Shown here piece by piece: positions 40,706 to 50,800 of a DNA stretch of 64,000 bases. Each line of letters begins with the position of its first letter. The first letter of the stretch is position 1. This stretch comes from an uncultured bacterium. GTDB taxonomy: Bacteria; Babelota; Babeliae; Babelales; Babelaceae. The stretch spans positions 160,001 to 224,000 of the forward strand of contig CAVRKK010000002.1 of assembly GCA_963722385.1 (NCBI GenBank). Reading direction: 5' to 3'. The notes beneath the pieces are model-generated. The model was not told where the DNA came from, made no database searches, and was given only the letters and a program-made list of their open reading frames with translations. A program made the translations under genes and the position numbers.

Positions 40706-41902
40706 CTATATTTTTTGTATTATTTCTTCCAAGGCTCGAATAAGCCCTCCCGAATATTGCCAACTAAGAACTTTAGCATCACTCCAGCTACGATTTTCCG
40801 ACCCACCATAGACGACCAAGCTCTGCTGCGGAGTTTTTGGTGCAATTGTTTTCCAGTAATCAAATTGCTTGAAAAAGTCAGAAGCAACCGTTTTAGCAGC
40901 CTTAATTTCGAGAGGAATGGTGTACTGCGACTCCTCAATAATGCAGTCAATTTCGTTTCCTTTACTATCCCGCCAAAAATAAAGAGATGGTCGGCGATCA
41001 AGATTATAATATTGTTTGAACAAATCAGAAATAATAAATGTTTCTACCAGCGCCCCTCGCATATGATGATTCATAACTTCTGTAGAAGACCGAATGTTTA
41101 ATAATGAACATGCAATGCCGGTATCAACAAAATAAAATTTGGGCGATTTGATGAGCCGTTTGCCAAAATTTTCATAATAGGGATAGAGCAAAAAGATAAC
41201 GTAACTTGCCTCAAGTACTGAAATCCATGAGCTAATAGTCTTATGGTCGACACCAAGATCGCTGCCAAGCCCGGAAAGATTAAGAATTTGCCCAGTTCTG
41301 CCGGCACATAGTTGGAGAAAACGTCTAAATAAGTTTACTGATGCTATGTTTTTTATCTGGCGCACATCGCGCTCAATGTACGAAGTTATATAGTGGGAAT
41401 AGACTTTGAGGGGCGGAAGATTTTCTGCGTACACGATGGGATACGCTCCCTGAAATACCGCTTCCTCAATTTTTGAAGGTAGTAATGATGAACCGCTCAA
41501 TTCGTGAATAGAAAGAGGAAAAAGCGTAAATAGTGCAATACGTCCAGCAAGCGTTTGAGTTACCGCTTGATTAACAAGAATATTTTGAGAACCGGTAATA
41601 ATAAAATACCCTTTTTTCTTTTCACGATCTACCATAGTCTGAATATAAGAGAGCAAGCTAGGCACATGCTGAATTTCATCAAGAATGATCCCTGCTTCAC
41701 TTGCAAAATCATTGAGAAACCGGCGAGGGTCATTCGTGGCAATCAATCGGTTATCGAGATCTTCGAGCGAAACATAGCTATGCTTGCTAAAAATACTTTG
41801 AACAAGAGTGGTCTTTCCCGATTGACGTGGACCCAAAACTGCAATCACCGGGAATTGGCTTGCGGCCTCTATAAGCTGATTAGTTATATCACGAGCTATC
41901 AT
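40706..41902 (-). CDS. AAA_14 ATPase + DUF4143 (PD-(D/E)xK-like) protein
   Basis: GPRQSGKTT, ILDEIQ, ITGSQN, LAGR, KSPKFYFVDTG, YFWRD..EID..PLEIK. Confidence 0.92.
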   Translation of the reverse strand: MIARDITNQLIEAASQFPVIAVLGPRQSGKTTLVQSIFSKHSYVSLEDLDNRLIATNDPRRFLNDFASEAGIILDEIQHVPSLLSYIQTMVDREKKKGYFIITGSQNILVNQAVTQTLAGRIALFTLFPLSIHELSGSSLLPSKIEEAVFQGAYPIVYAENLPPLKVYSHYITSYIERDVRQIKNIASVNLFRRFLQLCAGRTGQILNLSGLGSDLGVDHKTISSWISVLEASYVIFLLYPYYENFGKRLIKSPKFYFVDTGIACSLLNIRSSTEVMNHHMRGALVETFIISDLFKQYYNLDRRPSLYFWRDSKGNEIDCIIEESQYTIPLEIKAAKTVASDFFKQFDYWKTIAPKTPQQSLVVYGGSENRSWSDAKVLSWQYSGGLIRALEEIIQKI

Positions 41903-41927
41903 ATTAGCGACCCTTCTTCGAGAAAGC

Positions 41928-41964
41928 TGGTACAAATTGGGAATCCAATTCCCAATTTGTACCA
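41928..41964. repeat. Perfect 17-bp inverted repeat upstream of the AAA_14/DUF4143 gene
   Basis: TGGTACAAATTGGGAAT-CCA-ATTCCCAATTTGTACCA. Confidence 0.85.
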
Positions 41965-42115
41965 ATATAGCTCATTTCACAGAAATTTTCAAAAAGATAT
42001 GCGCTTTATTCCTTTATTGCTCTTGCTATTTTTCTTGTATTTGTTAAGCTTGCACCGTAATTTATAAAACTCTTATTGCAAAAATACTTTACCCAGCTAG
42101 AAATAAGGAGAAGCT

Positions 42116-44386
42116 GTGTTCAATTTTTGTTTTGTTATTGTGGTATTAGTTTTTTTGGTAGGGTCATCTCAAACAGAGAGTATACCTATATGTACCGTAT
42201 CCAGTAGTACCAATACTCCATTGCCAAATGGTTCGGGCCCTACTGGGATTACCTTTTCACCCAATGGACTCTATCTTGCTGTTGGTAATACTGTCGCGAC
42301 AGCTGTTACTATGTTCACGGTAGGAATAGATGGTATCATTGACAGTGGCATTTCATACCCTATGCCGGCAGGATCTTCTTTTCCTCAGGTTTTAGCTTTT
42401 TCGCCTGATAGTCATTATCTTGCTACAACTAATAACAGCTCCAATAATATTACTATCTTTACGGTTACGAGCGGAGGTGTGTTAACTAATGGTACCTCTT
42501 ATGCATTACCTTCTGGTGCGCAATTAGCTGGTGCACCAGTCTTCTCTCCTGATGGGCAATACCTTGCAGTGACTGCTGAAAATTCCAATCAGGTAGTCAT
42601 ATTTACGGTAGGATCAGGAGGCGTTTTAAGCAATGGCACTGTCTATGCTATGCCTAATGGTGCTTCACCAGACATACCCGCTTTTTCCCCTGATGGATCA
42701 TACCTCGCAATCGGTGACGACGCTAATAATGCAGTAACTATGTTTAAGGTAGGAAATGGAGGCATTCTCAGTAACGGTGTTACGTACGCCCTACCCTCAG
42801 GATCTACGTCTCCAAGCTCAATCGCTTATTCTCCTGATGGTAGCTATCTTGCTACTTCTAATTTTAGCTCAAATGACGTAACTGTTTTTACGGTAGAGCC
42901 TGGAGGAGTATTGAGTACTGGTATTTCTTATCCGCTGCCTTCTAACTCTTACGATCCAAATTCTATAGCTTTTTCCCCCAATGGTTTATATCTGGTAACT
43001 GCTAACTCATTTAGCAATAATGCAACGCTTTTTAGTGTAGGAGATAATGGTGTTCTTTCTCAGGCAGTTTCTTATAGCTCTGGAGCTCAACAGCTTGATT
43101 ATCTAGCTTTTTCTCCCCGAGGGCTTTATTTTGCAACATCTAATTATGGTTCAACCAGCGTAACGATTTTTACTTTATCTTGTTCAAGTGCTGCTACTTC
43201 ATACCCTTTACCTCCCGATTCTCTCGATCCAGATGCTGTGGTAATTTCAAAAAATGGCTTGTACCTTGCAACAGCAAATTATAATGCAAACAATGTGGCT
43301 TTTTTTAACCTAGAATCTACGGGTATACTTAACAATGGAACGACTTGTTCTTTGCCATCTGGCTCGCTTTGTCCTTCTGGTGCTGCGTTTTCAGCTGATA
43401 CAGCCTACCTTGCAACTTCTAACAGTCAATCCAATGATATTACTCTTTTTAAAATTATGGATGGTCAGTTAATTGCTGGTACTTCTTATCCGCTGCCTTC
43501 TGGGTCTATCAATCCGGTATCGCTTAATTTTTCCCCTCATGATGCCTATCTTGCTGTTGCCAATAACAACTCAAGTGATGTAACTATGTTTAATGTTGAA
43601 GCGGGTAAACTTGTGGATGCTCTTTCTTATCCTTTGCCTCTACCATCTAAAAATCCGACAGGAGTAGCTTTTTCCGCTGATAGCTCTTACCTTGCTACAG
43701 CTAATGCTGGCTCAAATGATATAACGCTTTTTAGCGTGATAAACGGAACTTTAAAAACGTTACTTTCAAAAAATATACCCGCCCAATCCTCTAACCCACG
43801 TTCGCTTGTCTTTGTGCCTGATGCTCAGAGCGAATTTTTCATAGCTACCGCTAATAGCGATTCAAGCGATATAACAATCTTTCCTTTCCAGGAAGGCGTA
43901 CTGGGTAATGGTACTTCTTATACCTTGCCTGCAGGTGATCTTAATCCTCTCTTTATCGCTGCTTCGTCCGATGGTGTTTATCTCGTTAGCGCCAATAGTG
44001 GATCTAATAGCATTACTATTTTCATTGTTACTGATGTTGCCTTAAGCCAAGGTGTTTCTTATAACTTGCCTGCTCAATCAAGTTATGATGTAGCAGTCGC
44101 GTTTTCTCCTGTTCTATCAAATAGTGGATCTATGGTAGCAGCCACCGCTAATAGTTTATCCAATGATGTGTCTATTTTTCCTCTTCTTGGATCAGGAACA
44201 GGAGATGGAGGCAGCAGCCTACCGCTCGGGCTCATTATCGGAACGACTGTTGGCATTCCTCTGGGTATCGGGGCTGTGGCACTCGTAGGCTTCCTTGGCG
44301 CCTTTTTGTTCTATAAGTATCGGCAATGTCAACGTGGAGGAGGAAACGTTAGCTTTAGTGGAGAAGAGTCTACTGATACGCTTTAG
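42116..44386 (+). CDS. 14-repeat (double) beta-propeller type I membrane protein
   Basis: AAGGAG RBS, GTG start, signal peptide, 14 FSPxGxYLAxxN-type repeats, Gly linker + TM + basic stop-transfer. Confidence 0.8.
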   Translation: MFNFCFVIVVLVFLVGSSQTESIPICTVSSSTNTPLPNGSGPTGITFSPNGLYLAVGNTVATAVTMFTVGIDGIIDSGISYPMPAGSSFPQVLAFSPDSHYLATTNNSSNNITIFTVTSGGVLTNGTSYALPSGAQLAGAPVFSPDGQYLAVTAENSNQVVIFTVGSGGVLSNGTVYAMPNGASPDIPAFSPDGSYLAIGDDANNAVTMFKVGNGGILSNGVTYALPSGSTSPSSIAYSPDGSYLATSNFSSNDVTVFTVEPGGVLSTGISYPLPSNSYDPNSIAFSPNGLYLVTANSFSNNATLFSVGDNGVLSQAVSYSSGAQQLDYLAFSPRGLYFATSNYGSTSVTIFTLSCSSAATSYPLPPDSLDPDAVVISKNGLYLATANYNANNVAFFNLESTGILNNGTTCSLPSGSLCPSGAAFSADTAYLATSNSQSNDITLFKIMDGQLIAGTSYPLPSGSINPVSLNFSPHDAYLAVANNNSSDVTMFNVEAGKLVDALSYPLPLPSKNPTGVAFSADSSYLATANAGSNDITLFSVINGTLKTLLSKNIPAQSSNPRSLVFVPDAQSEFFIATANSDSSDITIFPFQEGVLGNGTSYTLPAGDLNPLFIAASSDGVYLVSANSGSNSITIFIVTDVALSQGVSYNLPAQSSYDVAVAFSPVLSNSGSMVAATANSLSNDVSIFPLLGSGTGDGGSSLPLGLIIGTTVGIPLGIGAVALVGFLGAFLFYKYRQCQRGGGNVSFSGEESTDTL

Positions 44387-44458
44387 CAGAACCTATAATC
44401 AATTGACCTCTAATTGCCCTTTTTGCCCAGCCAATTGAAGAAGCTGCTAGCCTTTTCA

Positions 44459-45157
44459 TTACGCTGCCGCCTTTTCAAGAAAGATCGCTAGATCGTTATG
44501 CTCCATAAATCGCGCGTAATCTGCCGGCGTTTGCCCTTCTGCTGTTTTTTGAGCAGGATTTGCACCATGAGCAATAAGTATTTCCGCAGCTTCCTTGTTT
44601 CCCTTGAGTGCTGCCTGGTGCAAAGGCGTGGACCCGCCCGCAGATAACTGGGCGTTTACGTCTGCACCTGCGGCGATTAAAAGCTTAAGCACCTCTGACA
44701 TCTTTTTAAAATTGACAACCCTGAAGAGTGGCGTGGTACCGATTTTGTCCCGTTGATTAACGTCTGCTCCATAATCAAGCAAAAGTTGCGTTAACGCTAT
44801 GTTAGGCTCGCCCTGCGAGAAGCTATAATAGAATGGCGTGTTGCCAAAACGATTAGCCTTGTTTGGGTCTGCACCAGCATCAAGCAAAAGTTTCACCATG
44901 GGTACATTGCTTTTGAGCACCGCATAGTGTAATGCAGTATAACCATCATCGTCTTGGGCGTCGACCGCCATGTTCTGTGCAAGAAGTGTTTTAACCAGAT
45001 TAATATCTTGTGCTTCAGCAGCTTGAATCAGCTCTTGTGACGGCTCGCCTGCTGAAACTTTATCAAGCCCATTCTGACCTATACAGGTCATCCAGCTCAT
45101 AAGAAGAAAAGCGAACAGTACCTGTTTCTTTCGGTTTATTAACATAGCACGCCTCAT
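44459..45157 (-). CDS. Ankyrin repeat protein with signal peptide
   Basis: DDDGYTALHYAV, GNTPF, GTTPLF, GSTPLHQAA. Confidence 0.92.
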   Translation of the reverse strand: MRRAMLINRKKQVLFAFLLMSWMTCIGQNGLDKVSAGEPSQELIQAAEAQDINLVKTLLAQNMAVDAQDDDGYTALHYAVLKSNVPMVKLLLDAGADPNKANRFGNTPFYYSFSQGEPNIALTQLLLDYGADVNQRDKIGTTPLFRVVNFKKMSEVLKLLIAAGADVNAQLSAGGSTPLHQAALKGNKEAAEILIAHGANPAQKTAEGQTPADYARFMEHNDLAIFLEKAAA

Positions 45158-45286
45158 TAATTTACAAAATTATAATATTGCTTATATTATATTATATTAT
45201 ATCAATGTTTTATGGCTAGATGCAATATTTAGATAAGAAAACTATTTTCTGGCATCCGAATCTTTGAGGTGCCTGACGCCTGAAAA

Positions 45287-46198
45287 TTAACCTATCTCAG
45301 GATTTGCATTAAGAAGGGTCTTATCAAGATAATTTATTAATCGCTTTGTTGATGTATAGCTCTTGCGAATTGCTTTTTTATGTTTAACCAAGCGGTTTTT
45401 AAGCTCATTTCTTAAACTTTGCTGCTCAAAAAGCCCGGCCTCATGGATGAGTTTAACAAAATCGCTGAATAATTGTTTTGGTTTAAATTTAGCTACCAAT
45501 CGCGCCAAAGCATGACGATATTGTTTCAATGCTTGAATTTCGAAAGCAGAAAAACTAAAATCGGAACATTCGAGATCTTTTAAATTATGAAGAGCGAAGA
45601 TTGCCAGGTTTTGCTGAAAACCAGAATTAAAATCGATACCATATATCGTATCCGTTTGCTTATCATACATAAAATTTGGGCAACCTCTATCGGCCGCGCC
45701 GACAAACGTATCTAAAGCAACAATAAGGGGCAGCGTTGGATGTTTCGTCATACTCTTAATGACACGTTCGCTTAAGCCGCACAGCCCCTTGCACTTACCA
45801 CCTGCGGGTTGCTGTATTTTAACGTGTGGCCGAAAGGTGCAGCCTGACCGTCCAGGAATCAAGGTATGGAGCGTCGCAGGACTATCTTTATAATGCTTGT
45901 ACTCTTTACCCTCGCGGCTCCGAATCAACTTTACCTCATTAGAGGGGATACCGAGAAATTTAGCCATGCGGGCGCCTAAGATTTCTTTGACGCACATCAT
46001 CTGCTCAGCAAGCGAATTGCCTTTGCGCTGTTTTAAGAGCCATTGTGAGCCATCTTTTTTTTCGAGAAGAAACATCCGGCTGCTTGCAGCGGGAAAGGGA
46101 GTCTGCGAAACAAACATAGGCTTAGTTGCTTTGCCATAGGCAGATTTAAGCATCGCTAAGCTGAGCAATAGTGCGCAATAAGTAACTTTTTTAACCAT
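45287..46198 (-). CDS. HipA/PI3-4-kinase-like kinase with signal peptide
   Basis: WLLKQ (beta3 Lys), KEILGARMA..LGIP, LDTFVGAADRGCPN catalytic loop, YGIDF. Confidence 0.7.
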   Translation of the reverse strand: MVKKVTYCALLLSLAMLKSAYGKATKPMFVSQTPFPAASSRMFLLEKKDGSQWLLKQRKGNSLAEQMMCVKEILGARMAKFLGIPSNEVKLIRSREGKEYKHYKDSPATLHTLIPGRSGCTFRPHVKIQQPAGGKCKGLCGLSERVIKSMTKHPTLPLIVALDTFVGAADRGCPNFMYDKQTDTIYGIDFNSGFQQNLAIFALHNLKDLECSDFSFSAFEIQALKQYRHALARLVAKFKPKQLFSDFVKLIHEAGLFEQQSLRNELKNRLVKHKKAIRKSYTSTKRLINYLDKTLLNANPEIG

Positions 46199-46208
46199 AG
46201 GCCACCTT

Positions 46209-46421
46209 GCGAGCTACCCAAACCTAAAGGTTTTGGGCTTCCTGGGCTGAACCGCTAATGCGCTTTCATATTTCCCAAGCGTTACTTTCCCTGGCTCCCA
46301 GGGTAGTTGCCCTCATATTCTATCAACTTGCATGAATTATGCAAGAACAACTTTAAGTCATTCTTACAACAAATTTGAAGCCCTTATATTCCAGCCTTAA
46401 AAGCGCTGGGTTTTACGGGCT
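46209..46421 (-). mobile_element. Non-autonomous IS200/IS605-derived miniature element (left end + TnpB-type right end, no ORF)
   Basis: Minus strand: GCCCGTAAAACCCAGC..GCTGGAATATAAGGGC left-end hairpin; ..AGGAAGCCCAAAACCTTTAGGTTTGGGTAGCTCGC right-end hairpin. Confidence 0.65.
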
Positions 46422-47887
46422 TTCCTATAATAATCCGCCTGACGATGCGCAACCTTGCGTAAATACTCAGCTCCCGCTTTAAGCGTACGCTTAAATGTTG
46501 TGCGATCAATAGCGTAGAGCCCAAATTTTTTATCGTAGCCCAGGTTCCATTCAAAGTTATCAAAAAGCGACCAAGCGCAAAACATCCTTACATCGACTCC
46601 TTGTTTTATGGCCAGACTTACTGCATAAAGATAGCGCTTATACCAGAGATCACGCACTTCATCTCGTGTATCAGCAAGGCCGTTTTCAGTAATATAAATT
46701 GGCTTGCCAAGCGGCGCCAATTCTATAAGCGCCCGGTAAAGTCCCTCGGGATAGCAACCATACCCCATATCAGTTTTGATTTCACCGTCCTCGGGGCGCA
46801 ACGCCGGCTTCAGATGATGCCAGCTCACGAGGACATGTGAATAATAGTTCAGGCCAATATAGTCTTGGACTGATTTAATGGCGGGGTACTGCCAGGTTAC
46901 GGTGCCCGTATATGTTTTGAAGCCAAGGTTGCCGGTAAGCAAAAATTTTGTAATGTTATCTGAATAAATCGATCGCAAGAATGATGACATAGCCTGTTCA
47001 AGCCAGTTATTGGGGTGATACGGCTCAAAATGAATAACGTTATGAACGATACCAATCTGTGCTGCCTGACCACCTGGCATCTGCTTAAGTGCCTCGTAAG
47101 TCTTCACGTGCGCCATCATAAGATGCTTAACTACCATTGCCGCGCCATATAAGCACATTCCTAAGCCTAAGTTGCAGGGAAAGCCAAGATTTGAGCTCAT
47201 CGGTCGAGGAAATGCGTGAGTTACGTAGGTTTGTGCAGCATAGACGCCCGGTTCGTTGATCGTAACCCAGTAGGGCACTTTGGCACCAAACTCGGCAAAC
47301 ATCCGCTGGGCAAATGCCACAAAATAGGCGATATTTTCCTCTTGCTCAAATGCGCCCTTGTCCTCGAACCACCCAGGATTAACAAAATGGTGCAAGGTAA
47401 CCATCGGTTTAATCTGGTGAGCGCGCAGCTCATCAAATAACTCATGGTAGTGCTGAATAACCGCAAGATCATAGACCCCTTCGCGCGGCTGGACGCGCGC
47501 CCAGTCGATAGAGCAGCGATAGACGGTCACGCCTAACTGCTTGATGAGCGCAACATCCTCTTTGTAACGATCCCAATGGTCAACACCGCGGCCGACGGGC
47601 TCAATAGGAGCAAGCTTCTCATAACGCGACCAATTAGAATCCGGGCATATACTATTAAAGCAACTATTACCTGAAATTTGATATTCCGATGTTGCCGCAC
47701 AAAATTGAAAGTTGGCAGGAAAAGTTGCTGGGCTTACGTCAATAGTACGCCAGTCCCATCGCAACTCTTTTTCAGCCCCCCAAAGTATCACGAAGTTTCC
47801 CAGAATCATGAGATAGAAAAATTTTGAGATCAAGGTTGCCTTTGGATTACGCCTCCCTTGCGGAAGGCGCTTAATGAGCTCTGTCAT
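46397..47887 (-). CDS. Glycoside hydrolase family 1 (beta-glucosidase-like)
   Basis: AATSEYQ, HWDRYKED, TLHHF, WVTINEP acid/base, IYITENG nucleophile, DNFEW; start uncertain. Confidence 0.93.
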   Translation of the reverse strand: MTELIKRLPQGRRNPKATLISKFFYLMILGNFVILWGAEKELRWDWRTIDVSPATFPANFQFCAATSEYQISGNSCFNSICPDSNWSRYEKLAPIEPVGRGVDHWDRYKEDVALIKQLGVTVYRCSIDWARVQPREGVYDLAVIQHYHELFDELRAHQIKPMVTLHHFVNPGWFEDKGAFEQEENIAYFVAFAQRMFAEFGAKVPYWVTINEPGVYAAQTYVTHAFPRPMSSNLGFPCNLGLGMCLYGAAMVVKHLMMAHVKTYEALKQMPGGQAAQIGIVHNVIHFEPYHPNNWLEQAMSSFLRSIYSDNITKFLLTGNLGFKTYTGTVTWQYPAIKSVQDYIGLNYYSHVLVSWHHLKPALRPEDGEIKTDMGYGCYPEGLYRALIELAPLGKPIYITENGLADTRDEVRDLWYKRYLYAVSLAIKQGVDVRMFCAWSLFDNFEWNLGYDKKFGLYAIDRTTFKRTLKAGAEYLRKVAHRQADYYRKARKTQRF

Positions 47888-47892
47888 GGCGC

Positions 47893-50800
47893 TTAGCGCT
47901 CTGAGTGATAAAGCAGGAATGCGCTTGTTGGCGTTAGCACAGCGTCCGCAGGCACCATCGTGGTACCTCCCAAGGCACGAAGCTTGGTAGGGTCAGGATT
48001 CAGCAACCGTTTGTTTACCGAATCATAAACAGGGCCAGGAATACCAACTGACTTATCTCCTAAGAGTAGTGACAGCTCAGGATAATTGAGCGCGCCACCT
48101 GTAGGAATACCGTGCACATCATAAAAAACACCACTACGTAAATCAACATAAGCCGGTTGCTCGGTGCCGACCGTTGTACCGGGATAATATATCTTATTGG
48201 TGTCTTCAGAGCCGTATTTATAGAGGTAGCGCTTTTGATCAGAATCGTACACGAACTGCTTGCTCGTTATAAGCCCTTGTGCGTGTTCTCGAGCGCTTGC
48301 TGGCACATTTAAGATAGCAGCAACAGGACCGAGCGCGGTCATCAAAAGTGGCTTGAAGATACCAACGTCACCAAACGCCGTTATGCTTATATAGTTCTTG
48401 AGCTTATACTGAATATCGCGAATTGTTTTGCCACTTGTTGATTGGTAAGCAGGAATAAAGAAGTGAATACCGTTGGTATCTTCAAAAGCGACATAATTGG
48501 CGCCGGTGTTGGCATCAACAAGCCCATCATAGAAAGTAACTTGGTAGTCGGACGTGGTGCCATCAGGCAACTTGACTGCCTGCATCGTAAGCTTGGATCC
48601 GCCTTTTGCTGCTCCTTGGCATTCAATATACGCACCAAGTGGTATCTTTGCTGATGAAAGTCGGCTATCTCCCGTTGCGGCCGGAACGAAGAGCCGCTCC
48701 ACAGTAAACGCATCACCTTTCTTAGTGCCAGCAACCACGAGCAGGTTACCCGCATAGTTAGCATCCCACGTCGCTCGGGCAAATTCAAATACGGGACTTG
48801 AGCCAGGCTTTCTCGAACCAATATAACTGTAAGGCTTGATATATTCAGCGCTTGATTTATAAGTGGCTCCTTTTGGATCAAAAGCAATGACACCACTTTG
48901 TTGCTTCTGGCCTGCCTTAACAACCCACGGCTTGGCCAGGTCAAGGTCTGCGGGATCTATGGCAAGGTATTTGTCAGCATCACCAAGGGCGTTAAAGCCT
49001 TTATAAATTAAGTTTGGGTTCTTATTCGAGGTAAAGTCCATATAGTACGTATACTGGTAATAGTAGCCTCCAATATCGGTACCGAAAGCCTGTGGCATAC
49101 CGCGATTATCATTGCCAATGAACGCAGCAAGCCGGTGATTGGAATCTTCAAGTGCCTGGTACTCAGCAATGCGAGCATGCCCATTGGTATCGAACTCTGA
49201 TCCTGAATACAGATCTATATAGAAAGAGCTGCCTTGAGATGGTTTGGCGAGCGCCATAACGCGTGCACCAGGAATACGTGCATTAGTATATTGCTTAAGC
49301 GTATAGGTTGTATCGCCGAGCGTAATGGTGGGTATACTACTTGGGTAATCCTGCATCACCCCTTTTTTGTCGCCAAGTTCAATCCCTGGCATCGTATGTG
49401 GCACGCCTAAGACTTGCGAACCATCAGCATTCACCACGACGCCTGCTTTTTGGCGCGCAATATCAAGAAGTGCCCCGCTATAGATAGTGGCAGGCAAGCC
49501 TTTACCGTTATAAAGGATACCTACTTCCTGCTCTTTGCCTTCGGGGCCCTTCATAGGGTGCGCAGCGTAATCGAAAATAGATGCAGGTTGTCCATTAACG
49601 GCGTCATTGGCTGCTCCCGTAACAGCATAATACTTATTTTGATAACGTTTAAGATGCGTAAAAGGTGATGGTAAATAGGCAAGCGAACCAAGAAGCTTGC
49701 TTACCGTCACCTCGTCAAGCTGTATCACCGGTGCTGGCGGCGGCGTTGGCTGCTTCACCGGCGTTTGTCGCGTAATAAGCATGTCGAGGGCTTTTCGCAA
49801 AGCTGGCCGAACTTTGCCCCGAAGTTGCGTTAATAAACTACCAGGCGAAGAAACAACGAGTGAGGGGAAAACGCCCTGCGCATTATAAACGGTACCCGTC
49901 ACGAGGCTAATAATATATGCTGGATTACTCTCAAGGGGAATACCGAGCAATTCAGGAGTGATATTGCCTTTTGCATCCTGGTTGGCACCAATGAAGAAGT
50001 CATCAACCTGGCTCAATTTTGGTGGAAATGCCGAAGTTGGTAAAGTCGTAACGTCTTGATACACATACGTGTTATTCTTGGCATCTTCTGGGTCAATCGT
50101 CAACAAGAAATTAGCAAAGCTATAGTGCTTCCACGGCAATTGCGTTACATTCGTGGCTGCTGTGCCGAGCATACTTCTTAACGATGGACTTTTTAAGCTT
50201 GCCCTAACCGCTCCAAGGTTGCTTAACTGAACCGGTGTGCCATTTTCATCGGCCACGATGGTTACCTGGTCTTGGCTATCACGATGATAGATCGTGCCCG
50301 TTATTAAGCTTATGAGGTAGGGTTGCGGGTTCGTAGCTTCGAATGGCTCGCTCCCCACAACGGTGTTATTGGCCCCAAGAGTTTTGGCGACAATAAAATA
50401 GTCACCCGGATAGCTCGATGATGTGTAGACAAAGTCGCCTGCCCGTATGTCATCAATGCTGGTAGCTTGCAACACGATGTTTGGTATCAATTTTGAGGTA
50501 AAAGCAAAGGGCCCCATGAGCTCAAAAAGGAGCCATTCAGATTGCTTTTGCCCAATAAGCCAGAGCTTCCACATCAGATGGGAACTCTTTATGGCGTTAT
50601 TGAGTGCTGGGGAATTTGTCTCAAGGTACGTGCCGAGCAATGAACCGGTACTGTCGGAGACTGGTCCAAGATTAAGCCCTTGATTATAGAGGTATAACGG
50701 CCCGACGGGTATAAAACCATCAACGGCAAGTGTATGCTGGTAGCTTGTGCTTGGATCTAGCCCAAGATTTTGAGCAAGCCCATCAAAGAGTGGTTGGGCC

